This document shows, in pieces, positions 51,851 to 64,000 of a DNA stretch of 64,000 nucleotides. A program made the translations under genes and the position numbers. Origin of the DNA: Mustelus asterias (Eukaryota); NCBI RefSeq assembly GCF_964213995.1, contig NC_135804.1:59892001-59956000 (forward strand), in the 5' to 3' direction. The number at the start of each line of letters is the position of its first letter. Within the stretch, counting starts at the first letter, position 1. The notes beneath the pieces are model-generated. The model saw only the letters and a list, made by a program, of their open reading frames with translations. It was not told the origin of the DNA and did not search any database.

Positions 51851-54469
51851 CGACCAAGCATTCCAGATGTTCTACATGATAATCTAACGGTAAAATCTCT
51901 ACATTGCAGAAGGAGGTTATTCGGCCCACTGAGTCTGCACCGTCTCTCAGAAACAGTATCATACACAGGCCTCCCCGCTGCCCTATCCTGCAAATTCATC
52001 AAATCTGATCTTGGATGACGAACAGCAAAATCATTTTAACCACTTTGAATTTCAGTAATCTAATCTAAATCTGCGACATCGTAACTGGGTGTCAAAAAAC
52101 TATTTATTCAAACATGATTTTTGAAGCATGTGTGCGTCGTCCGGATTGAAAATATCTCTGGTCTGATTGCCTCGTATTCTCATTCGTACAGTTTGAATAC
52201 GTAGTTGGTTTTAAGAACTAAACCATAATAAACCTGAAGGAATAACTTTTCTGTCGGTGTTTAGTGATAATAGGCTTTTCCAACAAGGATCAAATTTGCA
52301 ACACTAATTGTTCTGCCGTGACACTGTTTTTAAAAAGTGAACAAGTTGTTCAGCGATTGCTTGCATTTAATTATATTTTATATTCGATTTACTTTTCTAA
52401 TAATCACAGACAGAATAATGTTATTCGGCCTGAAGTGCCTGTGCGTGTTTAATCGATTTTCGCTCTCCAATTTTATCCCAATAACCCGTCAAATTAGTCT
52501 TCCTCAGGTGCATGTCCAACTGCCTTTCGAAACTCCCTCTGAAATCCAATTCCACTACTCTTTCAGGTAACGCATTCCAAAACTTAAATCTTTGTTTGAA
52601 ACCAATTCTCTTAATTTTCTTTCAGGTCACCTTTCCAACTATTTTGGCATATTTCTGTGACTTCTGGTTACTGGCCCAACCGTTTCAAACTGGAGTTGTA
52701 TAATTCGGGTCTGGATTGTTTTGTTCTGGTGGCGGATTACAACATATTTCAGGCAGTCAGCATGTTCGAATTATCACGTACTCTATTGAACTGTAGCGGT
52801 GCAGAGAAGATTTTGACAGTTTGGTATATGCAGCTCTCAAATTTATTTGTAACAGCGGGACAAGTGCGCGACGCTCCCCTGCAAATAACAAGTTGTGGTC
52901 CATTACTTCACTTCTGCATAGCAACAATACAATTTTAAACATAGCTCATTGCAACATCGTGCGATACCGCCACATATATATCAACAAGAGTCACGATCAC
53001 AATCAACCACCTGCATTTTATTTCTTAGCATCCATATATAAATTCTTCTATCCTGAAGGCGGAATATCGGAGTCTTTCTTATATTTTTCCAAATTATGCA
53101 AAATATAAAATTAATCGCAGACGTGTTTTCGCTACCCCTCTGCGACAAAGACATTACATAATTTCCACGCGGTTTCTCCATAGATTACAACACTCTTCCG
53201 CTTATCATATCGGACCCAGAAACGTTTTTGTTGGCCAGTGAGGTAGAATTAGCACACAACTGAATTTACCGCAATTGTAAGTGCTTTGGCTGGAATGTAT
53301 CTGCTTAAGGTTGCTCTTTTTACAGTACTGTACACTATATTTTACTCCGCTTTGCTGCAGCAGACGGGATGCTCACGGGCCTGAGTAGCAATGTGTTGAA
53401 TCGCTCGATCTTGCCGTCGAGAATCCACACGTGAAGGTAGCAGGAAAGACTGTACCACTTTCAATTGTCATTGTAGCGGCTGCCCTCAAGACAGGCAGAC
53501 ATTGAATGATGTGTTTTTGGTGGTCACTGACTAATTGGACTTTGAGTGAACGAATGCCTTTTACTGATTAGGGTCACTGAATGGTGCATGAGGTCTTGAC
53601 GGCCACATGCAGGCGGTGTGTGGCATGTTCTATATAGCGTATTGCATCGATGGCCCTGAGCACAATTAACATCTCCTCCTGGCGCCCTGGTGGATTTCCA
53701 CATAATCACTGACCCTCTTGAGAATAACACTGGTCACTCCTTGATGCTACGGAGAATTGTAGCCTGTAAGATCCGCATCTTCCCAGTAAATTCGTGAAAA
53801 CATGGGCATTGTGAGAAATTGTGTTCTTCTCAGACACTGTAACTGGAATCGCCCAAACCCAATTGGTCTAGCTCGAATTGAGGTACAGTGAATAAACTAA
53901 TGATGACCTCTATGGATAGCCTCTATAGATCAATCCAGGCCATGTGGTTTTCCCATTCCCTTAGAACATCAGGGCGTACAAAATAAAAGCAGGAATAAGC
54001 AATTCAGCCCCTCGAGCCTGTTGCACCATTCAGTACAATCATGGCTAATCTCATCTCGGCCTCATTTCCAGCTTTCCGAATTAAAAGCCCATTTTTCTCC
54101 TCCTTAAATTTGTTTAGTGTTGCGTCATCCATTGCAATCTGCGCGACGCTTTGAGTGAAATAATTCCTCCTCATTCTTGTTTTTAATCTGCCACACCTTA
54201 ACCTACAGCTATGGCCTTACTTTCCAGAATGCGCAACATTTTGGCACTATCCCTTGAACTATCTTTACAGTCCACCTCAGCCAAAACCTTCCTCTTGAAA
54301 TTATTTTGGTAGTAAATATAACCCCCTCCCCACCACGCCATGTTCACCCAGCCTTCCACCAACTCCCTCCCCCACCAGCCTCCCCCATCCCCACCCCCAG
54401 CACCGCCACCATTCAGCAGCATTTGTGTCGCTGGCGGTATTATTCGGTTGCAACGAATCGTACACTGAG

Positions 54470-55440
54470 GGAAAAATTAATGGTTATGGTGCATTTGGAT
54501 TTAAAAGAAACAGTTTATGAAGCTCTATTTGTTAAACTATTAAAACTGGAGATCGTGAGATGGTCATTTTATAAAAGCGTCGCTTCAAGATTTATCAATG
54601 GACAGTAAAATGATGTTATGAATATATTGGTTATTTTGGGTTGGTAGGCTTTAAGGAACATTGCACCACAAGGACCAGCACATGATCTGAACCTTTTATA
54701 AAGCATGTTAGCGACACATAGGATGGGACTGAATGTAAAAGATCCACGTTTACAGGCGATGCAGAGTTACATGACAAAGCAAGTTGTGAAGAGGATGCTA
54801 AATTGCTGTAAAGGAATATAAATTGAGATGCGTGATGAATAAGAATGGCAGATGGAATATAAGGTGAGGGAATGTAAAGCTATCCACTTTGGATTTAAAA
54901 ATATGAAAAGCAGAAAATGCTATTAACAGCGAGACAACGGTAAATGTATGTATTCAAAGAGACTTGGGTGTCCTTGATCATGAATCACAGAAAGTTAAGA
55001 TGCAAGTCCATAATTGCAGGCAACAATGCTGGCCCTTTTGCAAATGGATTGAAGTACAACAATAACAGGTTTCCTACTATTATAAGTGTCCTTCTGACAC
55101 AAATCTGCCATTCCTGGAGGACTGTGTGCAATTTCGATCTTCCCATCTACGCTTAGCTTAGATGGGCTGGAATCGAGTTCATGAACTGATTCCTGTGATG
55201 AGGATGTTGTGCTATGAGAGAGAAAATAATAGACGAGGCGTATATTCGACATAAATGAGAAGAGTAAGTGGATTGCATGTTGAAATTTACAAGTTATTAA
55301 GGAGATACTCAGGGTAGGTACTTGAAATATGCTTCCCGGTACTGCGGAATGCAAAACTAAGAGTTACAGACTCAGGATAAATGACCAGTCATTTAGGGCT
55401 GAGTTGACAGGAAGTATCGTTACTCCAAGGTTGCGTTCAC
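54470..55440 (+). mobile_element. Highly decayed CR1 RT/3' fragment (counterpart continues as 1-430)
   Basis: Remnants such as tggcagatggaatataa, atccactttgga and gacttgggtgtccttg. Confidence 0.65.
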
Positions 55441-56663
55441 TTATGCTTCAAGAATAGGGGAACCATTTCCTGTACAAGCGCAGTATCAGTCTAAGTGTGT
55501 GCTGTTATACTAAATAAACAAGTTTGCTTGCCACAGGCTAAAAATACTGTGCAGTTCTTAATAAAGAGCAAGTTCTTGAATCCATTTTTATGTATCAACT
55601 ATTGACGCTGGGCAACATGCTTTTGGCGAGTCAGTGAATGATGAATGTATAGTATCAGGCTATTTCAGTAAACGAATTTCCCAACTCCTTTGATCTCAGA
55701 AGCTGCGAATAATTGATTACAATTTTTTTTGTTAATCACCAAGAATTATTTTCTGAACCATGTACTTAAGAAGAAATTTCTTACCCCATGCATCTGTCAG
55801 AACAATGTGTCTGGGATTAAGGGAATTTATTCCCACAGAACATTGCGAATCTTTGCAACATTCTACCCCCGAGAGCAGTGGAGGCTAAGTCATTGAATTA
55901 CTGAATTGGACAAATTTCGAACTATCGTTGAGATAACGGTGGTGAAACAATGTCAGGAAAGTTGAGTTGAGGTCAAGGTCCATGATCTTATTGCATGATG
56001 TGGAGATGCCGGCGTTGGATTGGGGTAAACACAGTAAGGAGTCTAACAACACCAGGTTAAAGTCCAACAGGTTTATTTGGTAGCAAACGCCACTAGCTTT
56101 CGGAGCGCTGCTCCTTCGTCAGATGTGTGGGAGATCTTCCACTCTTGTATCCTTTGCTTTCTGGCACCTCGATATCGGACCCTCATTGCAGATGCCTCAG
56201 TGGAACGCACCGGCTTAAACTATTTCATATCAAATTTGGAATAACTGTTGAAAAATGAAGGAAGAATTTTACTATTTAGCCCAACTTGTGGAAAACTTTG
56301 TACAAATTCTGACACAATCAACTAATTAAAGATGCCATATGTCACTTACATATTGAACTGTATTCAATGGTGAGAAATATCTCAGATCTTCACTTCATCT
56401 TTGGTGCAAGGAATGAATTCTAAATGGCTTTACAATTTGCAAGTGCATCTGCAAAGTGAACCAAAACAACTGGACATTAGAAAATAAGCTCTTGGTAAAA
56501 TTGCAAATTGCAACGAAATGTTTCAACGATGCAAATTTATAGAGCAATGTGCGGGCTGGAAATTCATTACTGAAAACCAAATAGCACAATATCTCACTGC
56601 TTTTATTAGACCAGGATTTCTGTTATTTTGATTTGAATGTGGCAATATTAGGAAGAGAACTTG

Positions 56664-57312
56664 ATTTTTGATTTGATTTGATTTATTATTGTCACATGTA
56701 TTAGTATACAGTATAAAGTAATATTACTTGCGCGTTATATAGACAAATCATATCGTACATATCGGTGGAATGTGCAGAATATAGTGTTACAGTCAGAGCT
56801 AGGGTGCAGAGAAAGTCCAACTCAATGCGAGGTAAGTCCATTCAAAACTCTGATGCCAGCAGGGAAGAAGCTGTTTTTGAATCGGTTGGTACCCGATTTC
56901 AGACTTTTGTATCTTTTCCAGATGGAAGATGGTGGAAGACAGTCTGTTCCGGGTGCGTGGGGTCCTTGATTATGCCGGCTGCTTTTCCGAGGCAGCGGGA
57001 ATTGTTAACAGAAGAAGGTCAGAGGTCAAAAATCCTGCAGCGAGTAACTCGCCTCCTAACAATCCAAAGCGTGTTCATCATCACAAGGTACAAGTCATGA
57101 GTGTGATGCGATAGTCGCCCCTTGCCTAATGTGTGTATCATGTCCATGGATTGGAGGCTGGGTTGAGTGATGGACTGGGCTTCATTCACCATCCTTTGCA
57201 GTTTGTTGTGGTCTTGGACAGAGCAGGAGCCATACCAAGCTGTGATACAACCAAAAAGAATGTTTTCTATGGCGCTTCTGTAGAAGTTGGTGAGAGTTGT
57301 AGCGGACATGCC
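56664..57312 (-). mobile_element. Rex1/Babar 3' fragment (duplicate of 1656-2304)
   Basis: Colinear copy. Confidence 0.85.
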
Positions 57313-57772
57313 AACTTGTAAAATAAACTGTTACATGTATCTCATCGAGCCTGTTCCAGTGATAGCGTAATGTTTTCCAAAGTGACTAAAATGACTGCGC
57401 TGGGGAAATTAAATATTAAATAATGTTTACGGTCCTTTCTGCTTACATTTCTTGTCACGAAGATTCGGCTGCTTTAGAACAAGTGTTAATATTAAGTAAT
57501 TCGGTAACATTCACTGCCAACGTATGCCGTGTACCAGAAGCCATGACCGAGCCATGGATAAATGTGCCGTACGTCAAATGATATCAGTCACGAAAACAGT
57601 GGCACCCAGTGGTCTGCTTTGGTACGAGGAAGCATCTTCGTAAGAGAAAACGTACTCATGGTCTCGCCGCTCCGATTGTGCAACAGACAAGGCGCAAACC
57701 TATTGTTTTCTGAACAAAGAATAGCTTTAAATGCAGTTGGGTATCATTTTTATCGCCAGACTCACAGTAACT

Positions 57773-59366
57773 CCATTACAAGAGAGGAAGTGTTAGGTTT
57801 TTTAGGTAACATTAAAACTGACAAAGCCCCAGGGCCTGATGGCATCTATCCTCGACTGCTCAGGGAGACGAGAGATGAAATTGCTGGGCCTGTGACGGAA
57901 ATCTTTGTCGCTTCTTTAGACACGGGTGAGGTCCCTGAGGATTGGAGGATAGCGAATGTGGTCCCGTTGTTTAAGAAGGGTAGCAGGGATAACCCAGGAA
58001 ATTATTGGCCGGTGAGCTTGACGTCCGTGGGAGGGAAGTTGTTGGAGAGGATTCTTAGAGACAGGGTGTATGTGCATTTAGAAAGGAACAATCTCATTAG
58101 TGACAGACAGCATGGTTTTGTATGCGGGAGGTCGTGCCTTACAAATTTCGTGGAGTCTTTTGAGGAAGTGACAAAAACGGTTGATGAAGGAAGGGCCGTG
58201 GATGTCGTCTATATGGATTTCAGTAAGGCATTTGACAAAGTCCCACATGGCAGGTTGGTTAAGTAGGTTAAGGCTCATGGGATACAAGGAGAAGTGGCTA
58301 GGTGGGTGGAGAAGTGGCTTGGCCATAGGAGGCAGAGGGTAGTAGTCGAAGGGTCTTTTTCCGGCTGGAGGTCTGTGACCAGTGGTGTTCCGCAGGGCTC
58401 TGTACTGGGACCTCTGCTATTTGTGATATATATAAATGATTTGGAAGAAGGTGTAACTGGTGTTATCAGCAAGTTTGCGAATGACACGAAGATGGCTGGA
58501 CTTGCGGATAGCGAAGAGCGTTGTCGGGCAATACAGCAGGATATAGATAGGCTGGAAAATTGGGCGGAGAGGTGGCAGATGGAGTTTAATCCGGATAAAT
58601 GCGAAGTGATGCGTTTTGGAAGAAATAATGTAGGGAGGAGTTATACAATAAATGGCAGAGTCATCAGGAGTATAGAAACACAGAGGGACCTAGGTGTGCA
58701 AGTCCACAAATCCTTGAAGGTGGCAACACAGGTGGAGAAGGTGGTGAAGACGGCATATGGTATGCTTGCCTTTATAGGACGGGGTGTAGAGTATAAAAGC
58801 TGGAGTCTGATGATGCAGCTGTATAGAACGCTGGTTAGGCCACATTTGGAGTACTGCATCCAGTTCTGGTCGCCGCAGTACCAGAAGGACGTGGAGGCGT
58901 TAGAGAGAGTACAGAGAAGGTTTACCAGGATGTTGCCTGGTATGGAGGGTCTTGGTATGAGGAGAGATTGGGTAAACTGGGGTTGTTCTCCCTGGAAAGA
59001 CGGAGAATGAGGGGAGATCTAACAGAGGTGTACAAGATTATGAAGGGGATAGATAGGGTGAACGGTGGGAAGCTTTTTCCCAGATCAGAAGTGACGTTCA
59101 CGAGGGGTCACGGGCTCAAGCTGAGAGGGGCGAAGTATAACGCAGATATTAGAGGGATGTTTTTTACACAGAGGGTGGTGCGGGCCTGGAATGCGCTGCC
59201 AAGTAGGGTGGTGGAGGCAGGCACGCTGACATCGTTTAAGACTTACCTGGATAGTCACATGAGCAGCCTGGTAATGGAGGGATACAAACGATTGGTCTAG
59301 TTGGACCAAGGAGCGGCACAGGCTTGGAGGGCCGAAGGGCCTGTTTTCTGTGCTGTACTGTTCTTT
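57773..59366 (+). mobile_element. CR1/HER1 LINE insertion specific to duplication copy B
   Basis: RT motifs; GTAACT target duplication (57767-57772 / 59367-59372); empty site in copy A at ~2760. Confidence 0.93.
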
Positions 59367-59491
59367 GTAACTTCATTGCAGTGTTAATATAAGCCTACTT
59401 GTGAAACGAATAAATAAATTTTAAAAACTCAATCCAACGAAGGAGGGAAATCTAATAAACTGAAATCAATTTAAAACCTAAAATGCCATTA

Positions 59492-61268
59492 GAATCCTAA
59501 GGCATTTTATACATACGTTAGGAACAAGAGGGTTGTTAGGAAAAGAATCGGACCTCTCAGGGACAAAGGAGAGGAATTATGCTGAGAACCAAAGGAAGTA
59601 GGAGAGATCCTAAACGAATACTTTACATCAGTATTCACAAAGGAGAGGGACATGTTGACTGGTAGTGTCTCAGAGAGATGTGCTGACCCGTTAGAAAAAA
59701 GCTCAATTACAAGGGAGGAAGTGCTAGGTTTTTTAGGAAACATTAAGACAGCCAAATCCCCAGGGCCAGATGGCATCTATCCTAGACTCCTCAGGGAGGC
59801 AAGAGATGAAATTGCTGGGCCTCTAACAGAAATCTTTGTCTCTTCACTGGACACAGATGAGGTCCCAGAGGATTGGAGGATAGCAAATGTGGTCCCGTTA
59901 TTTAAGGAGGGTAGCAAGGATAACCCGGGTAATTATAGGCCAGTGAGCTTGACGTCCATGGTAGGGAAAGTGTGGGAGAAGATTCTTAGAGATAGGATAT
60001 ATGTGCATTGAGAACTGAATAATCGCATTAGCGATAGACAGCATGGTTTTGTACAAGGGAGGTCATGCCTCACAAATTTGGTTGAGTTTTTTGAGGAGGT
60101 GACAAAAATGATTGACGAGGGAAGGGACGTGGGTGTTGTCTATATGGATTTTAGTAAAGTCCCTCATGGCAGGCTAGTGCAAAAGGTTAAATCTCACGGG
60201 ATAAAAGGTGAGCTAGCTAGATGGGTGGAGAACTGGCTTAACCATGGAAGACAGAGGGTAACAGTGGAGGGGTCTTTTTCTGGTTGGAGGTCTGTGACTA
60301 GTGGTGTTCCGCAGGGCTCTGGACTGGGACCTCTGCTGTTTGTGATATATATAAATGATTTGGAGGAAGATGTAGCTGGTGTGATCAGTAAGTTTGCGGA
60401 CGACACAAAGATTGCTGGAGTTGCGGATAGTGATGAACATTGTCAGAGAATACAGCAGGATATAGATAGGCTGCAACATTGGGCGGAGAAATGGCAGATG
60501 GAATTTAATCCAGATAAATGCAAAGTGATGCATTTCGGTAGATCTAATGTAAGGGGAGCTATACAATAAATGGCAGAACCATCAGGAATATAGACACACA
60601 GAGGGACCTGGGTGTACAAGTCCACAGATCCTTAAAGGTGGCAGCACAGGTGGAGAGGGTGGTCAAGAAGGCATATGGCATGCTTGCCTTTATTGGACGG
60701 GGCATAGAATATAAAAGTTGGCATATGACGTTGCAGCCGCACAGAATGTTGGTTCGGCCACATTTGGAATACTGCGTCCAGTTCTGGTTTCCACACTACC
60801 AGAATGACGTGGAGCCTTTGGAGAGAGTACAGAAAAGGTTTACCAGGATGTTGCCTGGTATGGAGGGTCTTAGCTATGAGGAGAGATTGGGTAAACTGGG
60901 GTTGTTCTCCCTGGAAAGACGGAGGATGAGGGGTGTATAAAGTTATGATAGGGTGAACAGTGGGAAGCTTTTTCCCAGGTCGGAGGTGACGAACACAAGG
61001 GGTCACGGGTTCAAGGTGAGGGGGGCAAGGTTCAACACAGATGTCAGGGGGACGTATTTTACACAGAGGGTGGTGGGGGCCTGGAATGCACTGCCAAGCA
61101 AGGTGATTAAAGTGGACATGCTGGGATTGTTTAAGACTTATCTAGATAGCCACATGAACAGGCTGGGAATTGAGGGATACAAAGGAATGGCCCAGATGGG
61201 CACATGAGCGGCGCAGTCTTGGAGGGCCGAAGGGCCTATTCCTGTGCTGTATTGTTCTTTGTTCTTTG
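59492..61268 (+). mobile_element. CR1/HER1 LINE (duplicate of 2902-4720)
   Basis: Same insertion point as in copy A; independent stops and small deletions. Confidence 0.93.
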
Positions 61269-61900
61269 TAACAAGAAACACTATTTACTAACAAATTACT
61301 TTGCGGATGTGACAAATGTGAAAACTGGCGTAAACTCACCCATGACGCTTTGGGTTGCAGTAAAAATCCACTGTTGTTGTCGTCGACGCACTGGAATGAG
61401 GAATGGGGAGATGATCAGGATTGTTAATCGGAATTGTTATTCCAGTGATGTCGCTACACGTTGTTTGAGGTCTCGATCACACTCGGCCCTAAGTACTCAG
61501 GACGAAAGGTTTGCACATTTTGTGCTCCGACAGGAAGTAGAATGTCTTTGATGAAGTACGGCAGGGCCGCCTGCGGCCTGCACCGTTATTTTCAGGATTG
61601 AATAAAGGGTCGATGGACTTGAGGTGACAAAGAAAATTATTGGAACGAAGTTTCCAGAAAGTGGCTGAAAAACATTACTCTTCAAGAGGCAGCTTTTCGG
61701 CTGGCATTAAGGTCAGCTTCTACTTCGCAGACACACACAGAGAAAGGTAAACGCATCCAATACGCTGTTTTAGTCATGTGATCGCTCATGTCGTGGTCAC
61801 ATGTTTCATATATTCAACCATAAAACCTATTTCTTACGCAAACTATTGTGGATATCATTCTCATTTGCAGCAAATGGACAAGTAACGCGTTATTTGCAAC

Positions 61901-61955
61901 ATGTCGATACAAGTTACAGTTCACTACATGGCTCTTCTGGGCGTGTTTTGGCCAG
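61901..61955 (+). CDS. Leader exon of VJ-C1 IgSF gene, copy 2
   Basis: MSIQVTVHYMALLGVFWP plus 1 nt, CAG|GTACAT donor; offset 56551 from copy 1. Confidence 0.7.
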
Positions 61956-62143
61956 GTACATTTGGTTATTAGATGCTGCCGGTTTCACAATAGCAAATCC
62001 TAATTTAAAAGACTCTGGAGCTGTTACCCACTGTACAATTGGATACTGTGCTTCTCTAATTCGATTGCTTGTTTTTATAATTTACTTCTCTCAGTTGTTT
62101 TTCTTTATCTGTTACTTCACCGCCTTTGTTACTTTCCTGACAG

Positions 62144-62449
62144 CCGCCGGAGTAACTTGGAACAAAGTGCTTCAGGTCCCTAAATACTTGAAGGTGAGCA
62201 GAGGCGCGAATGCTTCCATGTTCTGCACATTTCCCACATTTCAAGATGCGCCCGATGTTCGTTGGTGGAGACGCGGAGAGCAATCCTTTCTCCAACCAGA
62301 CAGCAGAAAGCGATTTGATGTGAACAAGGAAAGCAGTTCGCTTGAATTCCTGAATGTGACTTTTGCAGATTCCGGAGTGTATTATTGTAAAGTAAAATAT
62401 CCAGAAAAATCTAATGAAACTGGAACTGGCACCCAGCTTACTGTATACG
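62144..62449 (+). CDS. Germline-joined VJ-type Ig V-domain exon, copy 2 (its C1 exon would lie beyond the window)
   Basis: Same splice sites (ctgacAG; G|GTAGGT), open frame, 11 nt and 6 aa differences from copy 1 by manual comparison. Confidence 0.92.
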
Positions 62450-64000
62450 GTAGGTGTTATTGTAAACGGGAGGATTTCAGCTCAGCGCCACATATGCAAT
62501 TTGATCCTTTTTATCACTGGAGGAAAAGCAATTGCGAATTATTTTTACAGAACACTGGATTGTCCTCCATTGACCTCGATGCACAGTGGATATATTAGTT
62601 CGAATAAAAGCAAATGATTGCGGATACTGGAATCTGAAGCAAAAACAGAAAGTGCTGGAGAATCTCAGCAGGCCTGATAGCCTCTGTAGATAGAGAACAG
62701 AACTAAAGTTTTAAATCTGGGTGACCTGCTCTGACGAACGGTCGTCAAGTCTCGAAAGGTTAGCTCTGTTCTCTCTCCATAGATGAAGACAGAGCTGTTG
62801 AGATTTTCCAACAGTTTCTGTTTTTGTTATTTTAGATTAGAAATCGTGCAATGGAAAAATGCGAAATAAAAAGACAACATTTTGGAAAAAGTCAGCAGGC
62901 CAAGGAGCTTATGTGGGGAGAAAAAACTCTTTCATTGTCGATTATGAAAATCGACCTGAAACGTTAGCACGGTTTCTCTACACAGATGTTCCCTTACCGG
63001 CTAACATTCTCCGCATTTTCAGTTTGAATTTGAAATTTCCTGCCTCTGCAGTGTTTTGTGTTGATGGTTGAATGGGATTTCAGTGTCTGGTTCCTTCATG
63101 TCACAATGACGGTGCCACAACTCAACAATGGAATCAACTTTAACACCTCACAGGACAAACCTTTTACAAATTTTGAATATCAGTTTTTTAATCTGAACAA
63201 GAATGAATATTCGCTGCGTGCTCGGTGACACCCGCAGTTGGAACTGCGAAGTGTAACAAATCAAAACAAGTCCAAAATGGAGTTGATTACAAAGAGAAAG
63301 AAGTTTTCGGTGAAAGTCAGCCCAGTCATTCACGGTATATCATTTTGTTGCAGTTTGCCGTTTCCAAATCGTCTCTGTGCCGAGTTCGTTGAGCTAAATC
63401 AGGAGGCGAAAATCAATTGGTATTCTTACTCCTCACTGCTCCCGTTTTAAGTTGAACAATTTGGTAATATTTACAAGGGACTAGACTGTAGCTAAATTCC
63501 ACCCAAAGGTCAGAAGCGTTGCGTTATTTTGCCAGTCACCTTAAATCGGTCTTCTGGTTATCGACTCTTGTGTCGCTGAAAACACTTTCTCCTTATTGAC
63601 TTTATGAAAACTGATCAGAACTTTCAAAGTCGCTATCCAGCCTCCTCTAAACATTATCACGTTTAAATAGAACAGCCGTAGCTTATTCAGTCTCTGCATA
63701 TAATCCAAGTCCTTTCACCCTGGTAAAGATCCAGCATTCTCAGTGCCTTCACAATAAACTCAGGTGAAAACTCACTAAGCACAGCGACGAATTTTCCTCA
63801 AACCAGATCCTTTTTTCCGCTAACAGCTCGAAATTGCCGATGTAACACTTTCTATACCCCTGTGCCCGAAATTTGTGATGGACAGAGTTTTGCTATGTTT
63901 CAGTATCAACCCTATGTCCGCAGTTTATCCTTGGTACATGGGTCCATTTATATGTTTCACATTCCAAACTTTTCACAAACCGGATTCTACAACCCTGTGA

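Larger units (their letters stand above)
54987..64000 (+). repeat. Segmental duplication, copy B (continues past the window)
   Basis: acagaaagttaagatgcaagtccataattgcagg at 54987 matches base 1; the window end matches 7442; carries one extra CR1 insertion. Confidence 0.97.

Overview
Repeat-rich vertebrate genomic DNA, very probably from a cartilaginous fish. This is inferred from the HE1-type SINEs and HER1/CR1 LINEs, together with Rex1/Babar, Tx1 and Penelope elements. Most ORFs in the track are decayed retroelement fragments. The real host gene is a spliced immunoglobulin-superfamily gene on the + strand: leader exon (5350-5404), one exon encoding a V domain with its J-like G strand already joined (5593-5898, ...YYC...TGTGTQLTV), and a C1-set exon (8914-9210). 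All introns are phase 1 and no credible RSS is present, so this is a non-rearranging, antigen-receptor-like VJ-C1 gene. Bases 1-7442 recur in the same orientation at 54987-64000, a recent duplication about 55 kb away that carries a second intact leader and VJ exon with 6 V-domain substitutions, mostly in loops. A much older paralogue of the upstream non-coding block lies at ~16.7-17.8 kb. The window also holds an intron-less histone H3.3 pseudogene, a decayed LTR element (tRNA-Arg PBS, gag) and nested solo LTRs. The transmembrane/cytoplasmic exons of the Ig gene could not be identified with confidence.
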